Shown here: piece by piece, positions 32,819-42,633 of the stretch | How the letters are laid out: every line of letters begins with the position of its first letter | Position numbering within the stretch: the stretch's first letter is position 1 | From: Enterobacterales bacterium | GTDB taxonomy: Bacteria > Pseudomonadota > Gammaproteobacteria > Enterobacterales > GCA-002770795 | Assembly: GCA_041556195.1 (NCBI GenBank) | Contig: JBFFIY010000005.1 | Coordinates: 1 to 62,679 of the forward strand | Direction of reading: 5' to 3' | Length of the DNA: 62,679 bases | The notes under the pieces: generated by a model | What the model saw: only the letters and a program-made list of their open reading frames with translations | Database searches by the model: none | What the model was told of the DNA's origin: nothing | Made by a program: the position numbers and the translations under genes

Positions 32819-33631
32819 CTACCAAAACCAGGGGTTATCACTTAGTTCGGGGATTTGATATATCTCTGGATATTTCACACTCATTAAATACAACCCTGTA
32901 GCTGGGGCGGTTGCAGGAGCGCTGGTTCGATCTTTCTTTGCTAAAAGATATTCTACCCAGTGTGGTTGATAGTGTCCTTCACCTATTGCTAATAAGATCC
33001 CTACAATGTTTCTGACCATATGATATAAAAAAGCATTGGCAGTAATATCCACCACTACAAAATCCCCATATCTATTAACCTCCAGGGAACTAATGTTTCT
33101 CCAACAAGATTTGGATTGACAATTTGCTGCTCTTACCGAGGTAAAATCCTGTTCCCCTAAAAAGTAAGGACAGGCCAACTTCATCGGCTCAACCTCAATG
33201 GGATAGGAATGGCGCGTCACCCTGTTAGCCAGTAACGCACTGCGTGATTTTTTGTTATGAATAATATATCGATAACTGCGACTCCTGGCTGAGAACCTGG
33301 CATGGAAGTCATCTACCACTTGTTTTGCCCAGGAGATAGAAATGGAATCAGGTAAATGTGAATCCCCCCCCAAAACCCAGGCTTTATCTGGTCTCACTGC
33401 ATTTGTTTCAAAATGAACTACCTGCCCTTTTCCATGAACGCCCTTATCAGTGCGGCCTGCACAAACAGTTGAGATGGGTTCAGAGGCAACAATGGATAAG
33501 GCTTTTTCCAGGGCTTCTTGAATACTTTTGGAGTGTTTTTGTCTTTGCCAACCAGAAAAATCTTGCCCTGAATACTCAACACCTAACGCAATTTTTTTAG
33601 TGTTTTCAACAGCATTTAACTGTTTTGACAT
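32819..33631 (-). CDS. truA: tRNA pseudouridine(38-40) synthase
   Basis: Has the catalytic RTDKGVHG motif. The ORF track opens at 33730, but the first 33 residues look like read-through. I place the start at the internal Met (MSKQLN...), which gives about 270 aa, the usual TruA length. Confidence 0.9.
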   Translation of the reverse strand: MSKQLNAVENTKKIALGVEYSGQDFSGWQRQKHSKSIQEALEKALSIVASEPISTVCAGRTDKGVHGKGQVVHFETNAVRPDKAWVLGGDSHLPDSISISWAKQVVDDFHARFSARSRSYRYIIHNKKSRSALLANRVTRHSYPIEVEPMKLACPYFLGEQDFTSVRAANCQSKSCWRNISSLEVNRYGDFVVVDITANAFLYHMVRNIVGILLAIGEGHYQPHWVEYLLAKKDRTSAPATAPATGLYLMSVKYPEIYQIPELSDNPWFW

Positions 33632-33753
33632 ACCAATTTTCCTAAATGCTAGAAGACTATACCCAAAACTGGCTAAAAGCCATCCAAAACTAAAAACGCC
33701 TGGCATTGAACCAGGCGTTAAACTCACCATTAGAACTTTATTATCTGCCAGAA

Positions 33754-36315
33754 TTAATCCAACTGAGACATTAACTCATTAGCTTCCGTCACTTGTTCTT
33801 CATTACCTTCTGTCAAAACCTCCTGTAATATTTCTCTTGCACCATCAAAATCTTCCATATCAATATAGGCTCTCGCAAGATCAAGTTTTGTCGAAGCTTC
33901 ATCAACGTCGCCTAGTTCCAGAGCGCCGTCATCAATTTCTGTGCTCTCATCTAACTGGCTATCAAGTTCATCTACAGAAATATACTCAGCCTCTTCTTCA
34001 ATAGACTCATCCAGATCTTCTTCAAAAGTCGCACCTACGTCTTCAGAAATTTCATCTGTCTGGACTGATGTTTCTGTATCAAGTAGTTCCTCTTCTAACG
34101 ATACTTCATCATCAGCTGCTTCATCAATATCTAAATCAAAATCAAGTATTTCTTCTTCTGTTTCTTCTTCTTCACCATGTAAATCTAAAGCATCATCAAG
34201 CGCGTCCAGGTCCAGGGTAGCTTCACTGGAATCATCCACGCCTTCGTCTTCTTCCGGGAAAACCAACTCATCTTCTTCCGTATCCCCATCAAATGATAAA
34301 TCTCCAAATATATCTTCAGTAGATGGAATTGAATCTAAATCATCACTTTCTTGAGGCCAGGCTTTTTGTTCCAATTCTTTAACTTGTTCGGCCACACTTG
34401 AATCTGTAGAAACTTCGGCCAAAGCTTCTTTTTGTGCTTTAAAATCACTCAAAGACTGAGTTTCAGCTAAACATTCCATCAATTTCAAACGAAGATCTAC
34501 CCGCTCAGGATCTTGATCTACAGCATCTTGAAGCAACTTAATCGCTTGATCATATTTACCATAGGCAATATAGACATCCGTTTCACCCAGAGGATCAGCT
34601 ACTTCTTCTTCGGTTGGCTCAGCTTCCAAATCATCAATATCAGATTCAGGAATGTAATCTTCTTCATCCTCTTCATCTAACTCGGCAGCAAAAATATCAT
34701 CAGCCACTTCAGGCAATTCTTCTTCATTTAAACCTTCATTAACAGGAACAGACAAACTTGTTTGATAAGACTCCTCAGACATACCCCTTCTTCTTATCCA
34801 GAAAAAGATAATAAAGAACACCACAACAACTCCAGAGCCTATTGCAATAAGTGTTGTACTGCCCATTGCCATTATCTTATCCATAAAAGATTCCTGGACT
34901 ACAGGCTTAGTGACATCAGGTGTTACAGGAGGCGTTTTGATACTCTCTGGAGTTGTGGTTAAAGCAGAGTCTTCTGCTACTGTAGTGTCTTCATTGGTGC
35001 TAGTGTCTTGTGAAACAAGCTCTTCTGAAACAGTGTCTTGAGTACCTGCAGTATCCTCTGTTGTTTCAGTATCGACTGTAGCCCTATCGTCAACGTCTTC
35101 ACTATCCGACAAATCTTCCACAACTCCTTCATCTTGCTCCAGCTCATTGATGGATTCAAGCTCAGTTACCGGTTCAGAAGTTGTTGTTGAGGGTTCTTGC
35201 AAAGCACTCAATTCTGCATTTTTCAATGCTAATAGCCGTTCCGTTTTAGCAAGTCGATCTGCTAAGGATTTATTTTCTTCTTCCAGAGTTGTAACCGTTT
35301 CAGATAAAGTGGTAACAGCTTCAGATTCAAGTGCTGCAACTGCAGCAGCATCATCAGCTGAAGTAGAAGGTGATGCAAGTTTAAGTCTATCACTACTCGT
35401 CGGAGTAGAACTCTCTACACTTGAACTTCCAGAAGAATAATCAGCAGTATCAACAACAGCTGAGGGTCGACTTCCTGCACCACGGCCAGAAAATTGCTGA
35501 TTTTGGCTAGCTATTTCAAGCAAAGCCTGTTGTTGACTAATTGAACCTATTGATTGCTCATCCGGGATCTGTAGAACAACGCCTCTTTTTAACCTGTTCA
35601 TATTATTTTTCATGAATGCATCAGGATTTGCAGCATAAATGGCAACCATACGTTGTTGCATGGAAAATGAAGTATTACCGGTTTTTTTTCGAGCTACCCG
35701 CCAAAGGCTATCTCCAGATTTAACCAAATATTCACCAACAGTACCTGATACCGAATAACTTGGCACTTCATAACTTGAGGTTTTATCAGCAGGAGCTTGT
35801 ACACTCGTTATTTGGCTTGAAGAAGTTGGGGTTGTTGCTGTTGAAGCAGCAATTGGGTCCTCACTAAAAACTGGCGGGTCAAGCAATATGGTATACTCTC
35901 TTTGTATACGTCCATTAGGCCAACGTACTTCTACCAGGAAGTCCAAAAAAGGTTCTTTCACAGCTGATTTTGTGGATACTTCCAGTATTACTTCACCATT
36001 TTTTCTAAACACAGGTTTAAATTTCAACTGGTTAAGGAAAAAATAATATTCCACACCCGCAGTTTCAAAGGCTGCTTGCTTAGCCAATGATGCCTTAATT
36101 TCATGTTCTGATAATGTATCAGCAGAAATAAGGGCAACTTCCGCTCGTAATGGTTCATTAAGATGTGATTTAAGGCTGATCTCACCCAAGCCCAAAGCAA
36201 ATACAGAACTCTGCAACCCAAGAAGGCAACCACCTATCAACAAAGGAGACGCTTTAGCTAACATATCAAATCCTTTCTTTGTTATTTTCTTCATTATCTT
36301 CTTTTCAGTTTTCAA
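33754..36315 (-). CDS. FimV/HubP-family polar landmark protein (LysM peptidoglycan-binding, TM, highly acidic cytoplasmic region, C-terminal TPR-like motif)
   Basis: 853 aa with a LysM (YLVKSGDSLWRVARK), a single TM (LIAIGSGVVVVFFIIFFWI) and long D/E-rich tracts. The conserved C-terminus is KLDLARAYIDMEDFDGAREILQEV. Sits in the conserved position between asd-like and truA. TTG start. Confidence 0.85.
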   Translation of the reverse strand: MKTEKKIMKKITKKGFDMLAKASPLLIGGCLLGLQSSVFALGLGEISLKSHLNEPLRAEVALISADTLSEHEIKASLAKQAAFETAGVEYYFFLNQLKFKPVFRKNGEVILEVSTKSAVKEPFLDFLVEVRWPNGRIQREYTILLDPPVFSEDPIAASTATTPTSSSQITSVQAPADKTSSYEVPSYSVSGTVGEYLVKSGDSLWRVARKKTGNTSFSMQQRMVAIYAANPDAFMKNNMNRLKRGVVLQIPDEQSIGSISQQQALLEIASQNQQFSGRGAGSRPSAVVDTADYSSGSSSVESSTPTSSDRLKLASPSTSADDAAAVAALESEAVTTLSETVTTLEEENKSLADRLAKTERLLALKNAELSALQEPSTTTSEPVTELESINELEQDEGVVEDLSDSEDVDDRATVDTETTEDTAGTQDTVSEELVSQDTSTNEDTTVAEDSALTTTPESIKTPPVTPDVTKPVVQESFMDKIMAMGSTTLIAIGSGVVVVFFIIFFWIRRRGMSEESYQTSLSVPVNEGLNEEELPEVADDIFAAELDEEDEEDYIPESDIDDLEAEPTEEEVADPLGETDVYIAYGKYDQAIKLLQDAVDQDPERVDLRLKLMECLAETQSLSDFKAQKEALAEVSTDSSVAEQVKELEQKAWPQESDDLDSIPSTEDIFGDLSFDGDTEEDELVFPEEDEGVDDSSEATLDLDALDDALDLHGEEEETEEEILDFDLDIDEAADDEVSLEEELLDTETSVQTDEISEDVGATFEEDLDESIEEEAEYISVDELDSQLDESTEIDDGALELGDVDEASTKLDLARAYIDMEDFDGAREILQEVLTEGNEEQVTEANELMSQLD

Positions 36316-36397
36316 TAAATTGGTGTTTACATACAGGAGTCAAGTAATTACATAAGACTTCTGAGGGAGTTTCCCACCTTATTGAGGTAACTATAGC

Positions 36398-37423
36398 TTA
36401 CAAATACATTTTTACCAATAGTTCGGCTATTTGAACTGCATTTAATGCAGCACCTTTACGAATATTATCACTGACCACCCAAAAATTGATTCCTGTGGAG
36501 CTTGAAAGGTCTTCTCGTATACGACTGACAAATACCGAATCCTTTCCAACACAGTCAATAGCAGGCGTCGCAGAGATAAGCCGGCCTGGTTCATCTATTA
36601 ACTCAACACCCTCAGCATTTTCCAATAATTCCCTCGCTTGCTGAGCATCAATAGGTGAAGTTGTTCTTAGGTGAATAGCCTCTGCATGGCCAAAAAACAC
36701 CGGGACTCTTACTGCAGTTGGATTGATCTGAATATCCGCATCACCCAGAATTTTTTGAGTCTCCCACACCATTTTCATTTCTTCACGTGTATAACCATTG
36801 TCTTGAAGTTGATCGATTTCAGGGATCACGTTAAAAGCCATCTGTCTTCCATAAAGATCATCTTCCAGAGCTTGACCACTCATTAGTTTGATTGTCTGAT
36901 CCGCAAGAGCACCAATAGCTTTTCTGCCCATTCCTGAAACTGATTGATAGGTCGAAACATTAATATGTTCGATCCCAACAGCATCGTAAACAGGTTTAAT
37001 CGCTACTAACATCTGGATAGTTGAGCAGTTAGGGTTCGCTATGATATTTCTTTCCCTAAATCCTTCCAGAGCAGATGGATTAACTTCCGGGATCACCAGA
37101 GGCACATCCGGCTCATATCTATAAACACTTGAGTTATCTATGACTATGGCGCCATGACGTGCAGCCAAAGGTGCATATTGTTCGGAAATAGAACCGCCAG
37201 CTGAAAACAGGGCAAAATCAACCCCTTCAAAATCGAAGCTATCCAAAGATTGTACAGTGATACTCTCTGAACCAAATTTTATGGATTTACCTTCACTGTT
37301 TTCACTCGCCAGTGGAATTAATTCTGAAACTGGGAATTTTCTTTCCGCCAGGATCTCAATCATGGTTTCACCCACCAGACCCGTGGCTCCCACTACAGCA
37401 ACCCTAAACCCTCTCTCGGACAT
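36398..37423 (-). CDS. Aspartate-semialdehyde dehydrogenase family protein (short Asd2/Usg-type)
   Basis: 341 aa with a Rossmann motif VAVVGATGLVG and an active-site NPNCSTI. Its position next to the fimV-like gene matches pseudomonads. Confidence 0.85.
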   Translation of the reverse strand: MSERGFRVAVVGATGLVGETMIEILAERKFPVSELIPLASENSEGKSIKFGSESITVQSLDSFDFEGVDFALFSAGGSISEQYAPLAARHGAIVIDNSSVYRYEPDVPLVIPEVNPSALEGFRERNIIANPNCSTIQMLVAIKPVYDAVGIEHINVSTYQSVSGMGRKAIGALADQTIKLMSGQALEDDLYGRQMAFNVIPEIDQLQDNGYTREEMKMVWETQKILGDADIQINPTAVRVPVFFGHAEAIHLRTTSPIDAQQARELLENAEGVELIDEPGRLISATPAIDCVGKDSVFVSRIREDLSSSTGINFWVVSDNIRKGAALNAVQIAELLVKMYL

Positions 37424-37484
37424 GCATTTTTCCTACTCTATTTAATGTAATTGAATTAGTGTAATTGAAAAAATTGAAATTAAT

Positions 37485-37715
37485 TAACCTCAACTCGGGA
37501 TAAGGTAGGTCATATAATCACATTAAACAGTTAAATATCAATAAATTATATCAGTTGATATTTTGTATATGTTGATTAATTGGCTCAATATTGGTTTTTT
37601 TGTGCCTGGCAAGGCAAGTTCACGAACAAATAGCTGGCTATTTTGAGTGAACTTAACGCAGAAAGGCGCAAAAATAACTGTATTGAGAGGCCTAGCCTAT
37701 CCCGAGTTGAGGTTA
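37485..37715. mobile_element. Family-B MITE-like element (231 bp) with about 27-bp terminal inverted repeats, TAACCTCAACTCGGGATAAG...
   Basis: The left end taacctcaactcgggataaggtaggtc pairs with the right end ggcctagcctatcccgagttgaggtta. The interior is non-coding and has a nested IR, aagttcac...gtgaactt. A short variant lies at 53582-53672. Confidence 0.7.
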
Positions 37716-37876
37716 TTTATATTTTACTAGAGACGAGACAATACTGCATCAACCTTTTACAAAGTTGTGAACTTTGTCATATTTGATGAGAAAGAAAAAA
37801 GAGTAATAGTAAATAAGGGGAGATAGCTAAAGAAAAAAGTAATGATGAACAGTTTGTTATTTAACCTACTAACCGA

Positions 37877-38065
37877 TTAACCGACATCTTGAGCTCGGCC
37901 AGTTATGGTTAATCTGATCTGACGTTTATTCTTTTTATTCTGGCGATCCTCTACGTAAGAACCTACACTTGAACGTAAATCAGGCACCACTAAATAGCGC
38001 TGTGTTGATGAAAAATCTTTTCTTTCAACAGAATCTCGGCTATCCCCATCCTGTTGAACGGGCAA
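37877..38065 (-). CDS. Questionable small ORF (62 aa from TTG; the frame stays open about 30 codons further upstream without an ATG, GTG or TTG)
   Basis: It is the only ORF in a 520-bp gap. An AAGGAG lies upstream, but only an ATT or CTG codon follows it in frame. I recognise no family. Confidence 0.2.
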   Translation of the reverse strand: MPVQQDGDSRDSVERKDFSSTQRYLVVPDLRSSVGSYVEDRQNKKNKRQIRLTITGRAQDVG

Positions 38066-38235
38066 TGTTTGAGTCCAGGTTATTGTTTCTTCTTGACCAA
38101 CTGAGTCTATAGGGGGTGCAATGATATGAGTTTTATTCTTAATAAAAAGCTCCTTGGGTTCATAGAGTATCAGGGTATATCGTAATAATAGTCTAAATTA
38201 GCAGCAGATGTCACCTAAATCTAAAATTAATTGGT

Positions 38236-39510
38236 TTATTTTAGATTTTCACCTTCATAACAAAAACCTAACTGACCAAGAAATTGACATTGATTTTGCT
38301 CCATAACCCCTCTCACAATCCAATGTCTAAACTCTTTCCTTATAGGGTAATTCTTTCTTAACTTATCAAATTTCGAAGGTATCGAGTCACCACTGATAGC
38401 ACAAAGATTTCTACAATCTTCCTCAATTGGATAAGCTTTCAATATTAAAGCCGTTATATTTTCAAAAAAATCTTTTTCAGGATCCCAATCCAATTTCAGA
38501 TCCTCAGAATCATGCAACTGAGTGCTTTTAAATGAAGCCCCCTTTTTCTCATCATCAATGGCCTTGTTTAGACAGACTTCGGTTAGAGTACTTTCTTTGA
38601 GGCTAGCATTATTTGGGTACATACTATTTATATAGGTTTCAAAGGCCCTGAGCAGCATTTTAGTTCCCATTACTTTGCCATCCTGGCTATAACCCGCAAT
38701 ATGAGGAGTTGAAATTTCACACAAATCTCTAAGCTCAAGGGAAAGATCTGGTTCTGATTCCCAAACATCTAGTACCGCTTTGATTTTTCGCTGAAAAATA
38801 GCCTGATATAAAGCCTTATTATCAACCACTGCGCCTCGACTGGTATTAATCAGTAAGCATCCCTGTTTTAAGCGACTGAGTTGTACAGGATCCATCAAAT
38901 GATAAGTTGGGTATTTGCCATCTGTGGTTAAAGGCACATGTAAAGAAATAACATCAGAGTTGATCACCTCACCCCAGGAGACAAATTCTGGATAAGGCAT
39001 CTCATTATTTTGCCCCAGATTTCCACTTAATAATTCGCTTTGTTCCGCCACAAAAGGATCGTAACAAAATGTTTCAATGCCTAATTTGCAGGCTAATTGA
39101 TAAAGCTTTTTGCCAACATTTCCAAACCCCACAATACCTAACCGTTGCTGATCCTGAATAAGAGACTTAAGTCGCTGAGTTTGAGCTAAAGCCGCTATAA
39201 CATATTCCGCTACAGAATTGGCATTGCAGCCAGGAGCACTAGCAAACTGAATATTCGCCTCAGAAAGATAATCACAATCGATATGATCTATGCCGATTGT
39301 GGCGGTACCAACAAATTGAATGGGTGTACCTTCCAACAGTTGCCTGTTGACTTGAGTAACCGAACGGACAAGCAACACATCAGTCTCATGCAACATTTCA
39401 TGAGTAATATCTCGCCCTTCAAACAAAGTGACGGAGCCATACGGAGAAAATAACTCCGTTACTAATGGAATATTAGCATCAGCTACAATATTGAATTGGG
39501 ATTTTTTCAT
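38236..39510 (-). CDS. pdxB: 4-phosphoerythronate dehydrogenase
   Basis: 424 aa. Has a D-2-hydroxyacid dehydrogenase core (GIVGFGNVGK, HIAGYS) plus a PdxB-type C-terminal dimerisation domain. Confidence 0.9.
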   Translation of the reverse strand: MKKSQFNIVADANIPLVTELFSPYGSVTLFEGRDITHEMLHETDVLLVRSVTQVNRQLLEGTPIQFVGTATIGIDHIDCDYLSEANIQFASAPGCNANSVAEYVIAALAQTQRLKSLIQDQQRLGIVGFGNVGKKLYQLACKLGIETFCYDPFVAEQSELLSGNLGQNNEMPYPEFVSWGEVINSDVISLHVPLTTDGKYPTYHLMDPVQLSRLKQGCLLINTSRGAVVDNKALYQAIFQRKIKAVLDVWESEPDLSLELRDLCEISTPHIAGYSQDGKVMGTKMLLRAFETYINSMYPNNASLKESTLTEVCLNKAIDDEKKGASFKSTQLHDSEDLKLDWDPEKDFFENITALILKAYPIEEDCRNLCAISGDSIPSKFDKLRKNYPIRKEFRHWIVRGVMEQNQCQFLGQLGFCYEGENLK

Positions 39511-39549
39511 AAAACATGAGCAATTTAATTAAAGGATAGTCTTGGATAA

Positions 39550-39589
39550 TTTACCACGAAGTACACGAAGAACACGAAGATAAAATGAC
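39550..39589. repeat. Solo family-C terminus (tttaccacgaagtacacgaagaacacgaag)
   Basis: Matches the termini of 12028-12366. Contains a 9-bp-phased CACGAAG repeat. Lies in the pdxB / RDD-gene divergent intergenic region. Confidence 0.6.
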
Positions 39590-39652
39590 TGTTGAAAGAA
39601 CAATCTTGTTATAATCGAAGCATTGCCAATCCATAACCCCAGAAAATAGCTT

Positions 39653-40129
39653 GTGAAAAAAGATAGCCTGAAAGTTTCTGATGAGAAAAATGAAACTAAT
39701 GTTGAATACTGCGAAGCTGGATTTTGGCGTAGAGTCATGGCATTGCTCTACGATATTCTTATTCTGGTATCACTGATCTTGGTGGCAGGCGTCATTGGTG
39801 TTGCTGTTGTTATGGCTTTTTTATCCAAAGAAGCCCTCGAATCCGGTGTTTTATATGGAAATATCTGGTTTCGACTGTTTCTGATCTCCGTCTGGTTTGG
39901 TTACTATGGCCTTTCCTGGACGAGAGGCGGGCAAACTCTGGGCATGAAACCCTGGCGACTCTACTCGGTAAAAACAAACGGAAAACCCATGAGCTGGAAA
40001 GACAGTGGTTTGCGGTTTATCTCGGGATTATTTGGTTTAGGTCTATTGATGGTGCCATTTCATCCAAGAAAGAAAGCTTTGCAGGACTTATTTTCTCATA
40101 CTACAACTGCTTATAGAGTTAAGAAATGA
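39653..40129 (+). CDS. RDD-family membrane protein
   Basis: 158 aa. Has the RRVMALLYD motif, three TM segments and TLGMKPWRL. Confidence 0.8.
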   Translation: MKKDSLKVSDEKNETNVEYCEAGFWRRVMALLYDILILVSLILVAGVIGVAVVMAFLSKEALESGVLYGNIWFRLFLISVWFGYYGLSWTRGGQTLGMKPWRLYSVKTNGKPMSWKDSGLRFISGLFGLGLLMVPFHPRKKALQDLFSHTTTAYRVKK

Positions 40130-40132
40130 CCC

Positions 40133-41203
40133 TTAACGGATCCGGCTCAATCGCCACCATGCGATTGCAAAGAACGTAAGAAGAGGCAATAAAGCCCCTA
40201 TTAAAGGCGGCATTTGATATACAACGGCAACATTTCCCAATGTTTCGTTGATAACGTAGAACCCTAAGCCCAGCAGGACACCTCCAAGTATTCTAGTTCC
40301 CATGGCTACATGTCGAACCGAACCAAATACAAAACTTGCGCCTAAAAATAACATCACGACAATAACAAACGGCTGTAGAACTGATCGCCAAAAAGCCAGG
40401 CGATATTTACTTGAATCTAATTTGTTATCTTCAAGATAACTGGAAAAAATCCAGAGTTCTATCAATCCTAAACCTGCAGGCGTCGAGCCTACTACCCCGA
40501 TATTTTCAGGATTTAGTTGAGACTTCCACTGTTGCTGCTTCAACTGTTTACTTTCCACTTTTCCTGGTAAAAATTCGCTAATAGAAATGTCGTTTAAAAT
40601 CCAATATCCACGTTGTTGATATTGGCCTGAATTCGCTTTAGTAATGGCTTTTAATTTGAAGTTTTGATCAAAACTATAGCGTTCAAAATTTTCAATACGA
40701 CCATCTGGAGTCGCTCTACCAATATGAATAAAATCATCGCTATCACGCGCCCACACACCACTTTTTGAGCGGATCACCTGTCCACCACTAATCGCCAGAG
40801 AATGTTGTTTCTGCGCATATTGAGTACTAATTGGTGAGATGACTTCACCTAATAAAATAACGGCAATCATCAACGGCATAACAGCCATTAAAACGGCGGC
40901 CAATATTTGTTTAACACTAACACCTGATGCTCTGATAACCAGTAATTCATTGGTACCAGCCAGAAAACCCAAACCTGATATTGCGCCAATTAAGGTAGCC
41001 ATAGGGAAGAAATTGTATATGGTAGAGGGGGCATTTAATGCTAGATTAAATAGCGCATGATACATTTGATAATGACCTCTACCAATATTTGGTAGGTCAT
41101 CGATCAATAAAAAAACCATGCGCAAAATGGTGAGAAAAACCAAACTGGTCACAATGGATTTTAGAACCACTATTCCAATATAGCGGTCAATCAGTTTTAT
41201 CAT
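40133..41203 (-). CDS. lptG: LPS export ABC transporter permease LptG
   Basis: 356 aa, collinear with E. coli LptG (IDRYIG..., C-terminal PPLIGALLP). Confidence 0.93.
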   Translation of the reverse strand: MIKLIDRYIGIVVLKSIVTSLVFLTILRMVFLLIDDLPNIGRGHYQMYHALFNLALNAPSTIYNFFPMATLIGAISGLGFLAGTNELLVIRASGVSVKQILAAVLMAVMPLMIAVILLGEVISPISTQYAQKQHSLAISGGQVIRSKSGVWARDSDDFIHIGRATPDGRIENFERYSFDQNFKLKAITKANSGQYQQRGYWILNDISISEFLPGKVESKQLKQQQWKSQLNPENIGVVGSTPAGLGLIELWIFSSYLEDNKLDSSKYRLAFWRSVLQPFVIVVMLFLGASFVFGSVRHVAMGTRILGGVLLGLGFYVINETLGNVAVVYQMPPLIGALLPLLTFFAIAWWRLSRIR

Positions 41204-41224
41204 AGCCAGTATTTAACCATTGAG

Positions 41225-42295
41225 TTAGTTTTGTTTTTTAGATGGCAACCAATCCAATAGCCATCCAGCAATTAATAACATCAGCAAATGAACCCACCAT
41301 ATGCCTAACAGTGAAGAGATCCTGCCATTTTCTAACCAGTTTTTCGACACTATCATTAGCACCAGATAAAAGATATACAATAACAATCCCGGTGCCATTT
41401 TAGCGAACTTGCCTTGCCTCGGTCGAACCCGAGCCAAAGGTATCGCAATAATGAGTAATATAAAAGCAGATATACCCATTGATATTCGCCATTGAAACTC
41501 AGCCAGCGATGGACCATCGGTGCGTTTGATAAGCTCCGAGGTTGATAATGCACCGAGTTTTCGCTCTTTTCTGGCAATATCGCTATCTGTTAAACGGGTA
41601 AAATATTCGCCAAATCTTAAAACAGTAAAGTCAGATTGCCCCGGTTTTCCCTGAAAGCGACTGCCTTCTTCTAACAGCAGAAAACGTTCATCTTTTTGCT
41701 GCCGAATAACTTTACCGCGACTAGCCGCAATAATGCGTACATCATCTTCATTTTCAGATTCTTTCTGCGCCAGGAAAATATTTTCCAGTTCTCCATTTCT
41801 TTTTTGGGTTTGAATATAAACAATACTTTTTCCATCACCTGATTCTTGAAATCGTCCTGGCTGCAACAAGGCAACATCTGCCTGTGCAGCTTGTTGATCT
41901 AATAAGCGATATTGTTGTTCTCCTGCCCAGGGCGTTATCCATAAAGATGAACCAATAGCGAGCACCGATAATATTATGGCGGGTTTAAGTAATGCCTTCA
42001 CCAGACTCATCTGCCCTACTCCACAGGCACGCATGACGGTTATTTCTTGATCAATATACATACGGCTTAAAGCAATCAAAGTGCCCAAAAATAAGGCTAG
42101 CGGTAACAACAGTCCTATAATTCTTGGTATTTGTAAAAGCAACAATTGTCCAACCAAACCAGTAGCCAACTGGCCAGAAGCCGCATCTCTCAAGTAATAG
42201 ATGAATCTTTGCAAAGTAAAGATTAATATCAATACCAGCAAGATACCCATGGCAGTTTTTACTACTTCCGAGCGTAGATAACGTGAAAGAATCAT
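41225..42295 (-). CDS. lptF: LPS export ABC transporter permease LptF
   Basis: 356 aa, collinear with E. coli LptF (SRYL..., EITVMRACG, FQWRIS, PRQGKF). Divergent from pepA, as in enterics. Confidence 0.93.
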   Translation of the reverse strand: MILSRYLRSEVVKTAMGILLVLILIFTLQRFIYYLRDAASGQLATGLVGQLLLLQIPRIIGLLLPLALFLGTLIALSRMYIDQEITVMRACGVGQMSLVKALLKPAIILSVLAIGSSLWITPWAGEQQYRLLDQQAAQADVALLQPGRFQESGDGKSIVYIQTQKRNGELENIFLAQKESENEDDVRIIAASRGKVIRQQKDERFLLLEEGSRFQGKPGQSDFTVLRFGEYFTRLTDSDIARKERKLGALSTSELIKRTDGPSLAEFQWRISMGISAFILLIIAIPLARVRPRQGKFAKMAPGLLLYIFYLVLMIVSKNWLENGRISSLLGIWWVHLLMLLIAGWLLDWLPSKKQN

Positions 42296-42384
42296 ACCTT
42301 TTGGAAATTCTCCTAAAGCTCCATACCCCCTTAAAACACGAGGTTAGAGCAAAAAACACTCAATTTTAATTGCTTTTTTTATCG

Positions 42385-42419
42385 TTTTTTACCACTTTTG
42401 GTGTAAAAGTGGTAAAAAA
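42385..42419. promoter_or_regulatory. Perfect 15-bp inverted repeat with a 5-nt loop in the lptF/pepA divergent control region
   Basis: ttttttaccactttt-ggtgt-aaaagtggtaaaaaa. No gene ends here, so a terminator role is not expected. Confidence 0.4.
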
Positions 42420-42633
42420 GCAAAATAACACTGTATTAACTGATTCTTTGAGTTACACTAATCATCCTTAGAGTTTGTGCTTTCCCAACTAATGAGCCAG
42501 ACTTTAATTTTTGTAATTATAGCTACTAGAATAAAAACTATCAGTTTTTTCTCGACTCTGTCTTGAGAATTTTCACCTGAAAACGGTTGGACTGCGTTCT
42601 TAAATTAAAGTATCCCCAAATTTGGAGTTATTG

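Noticed and set aside
33941-34354. 137-aa Ser-rich ORF on the plus strand (also 35147-35440)
   Set aside because: It is a mirror image of the GAA/GAT-rich acidic tracts of the fimV-like gene on the minus strand. It has low complexity and lies fully inside a well-supported gene.
39529-39738. 69-aa minus-strand ORF between pdxB and the RDD gene
   Set aside because: It overlaps the RDD-gene start and is built partly from the family-C repeat terminus. It has no homology features.
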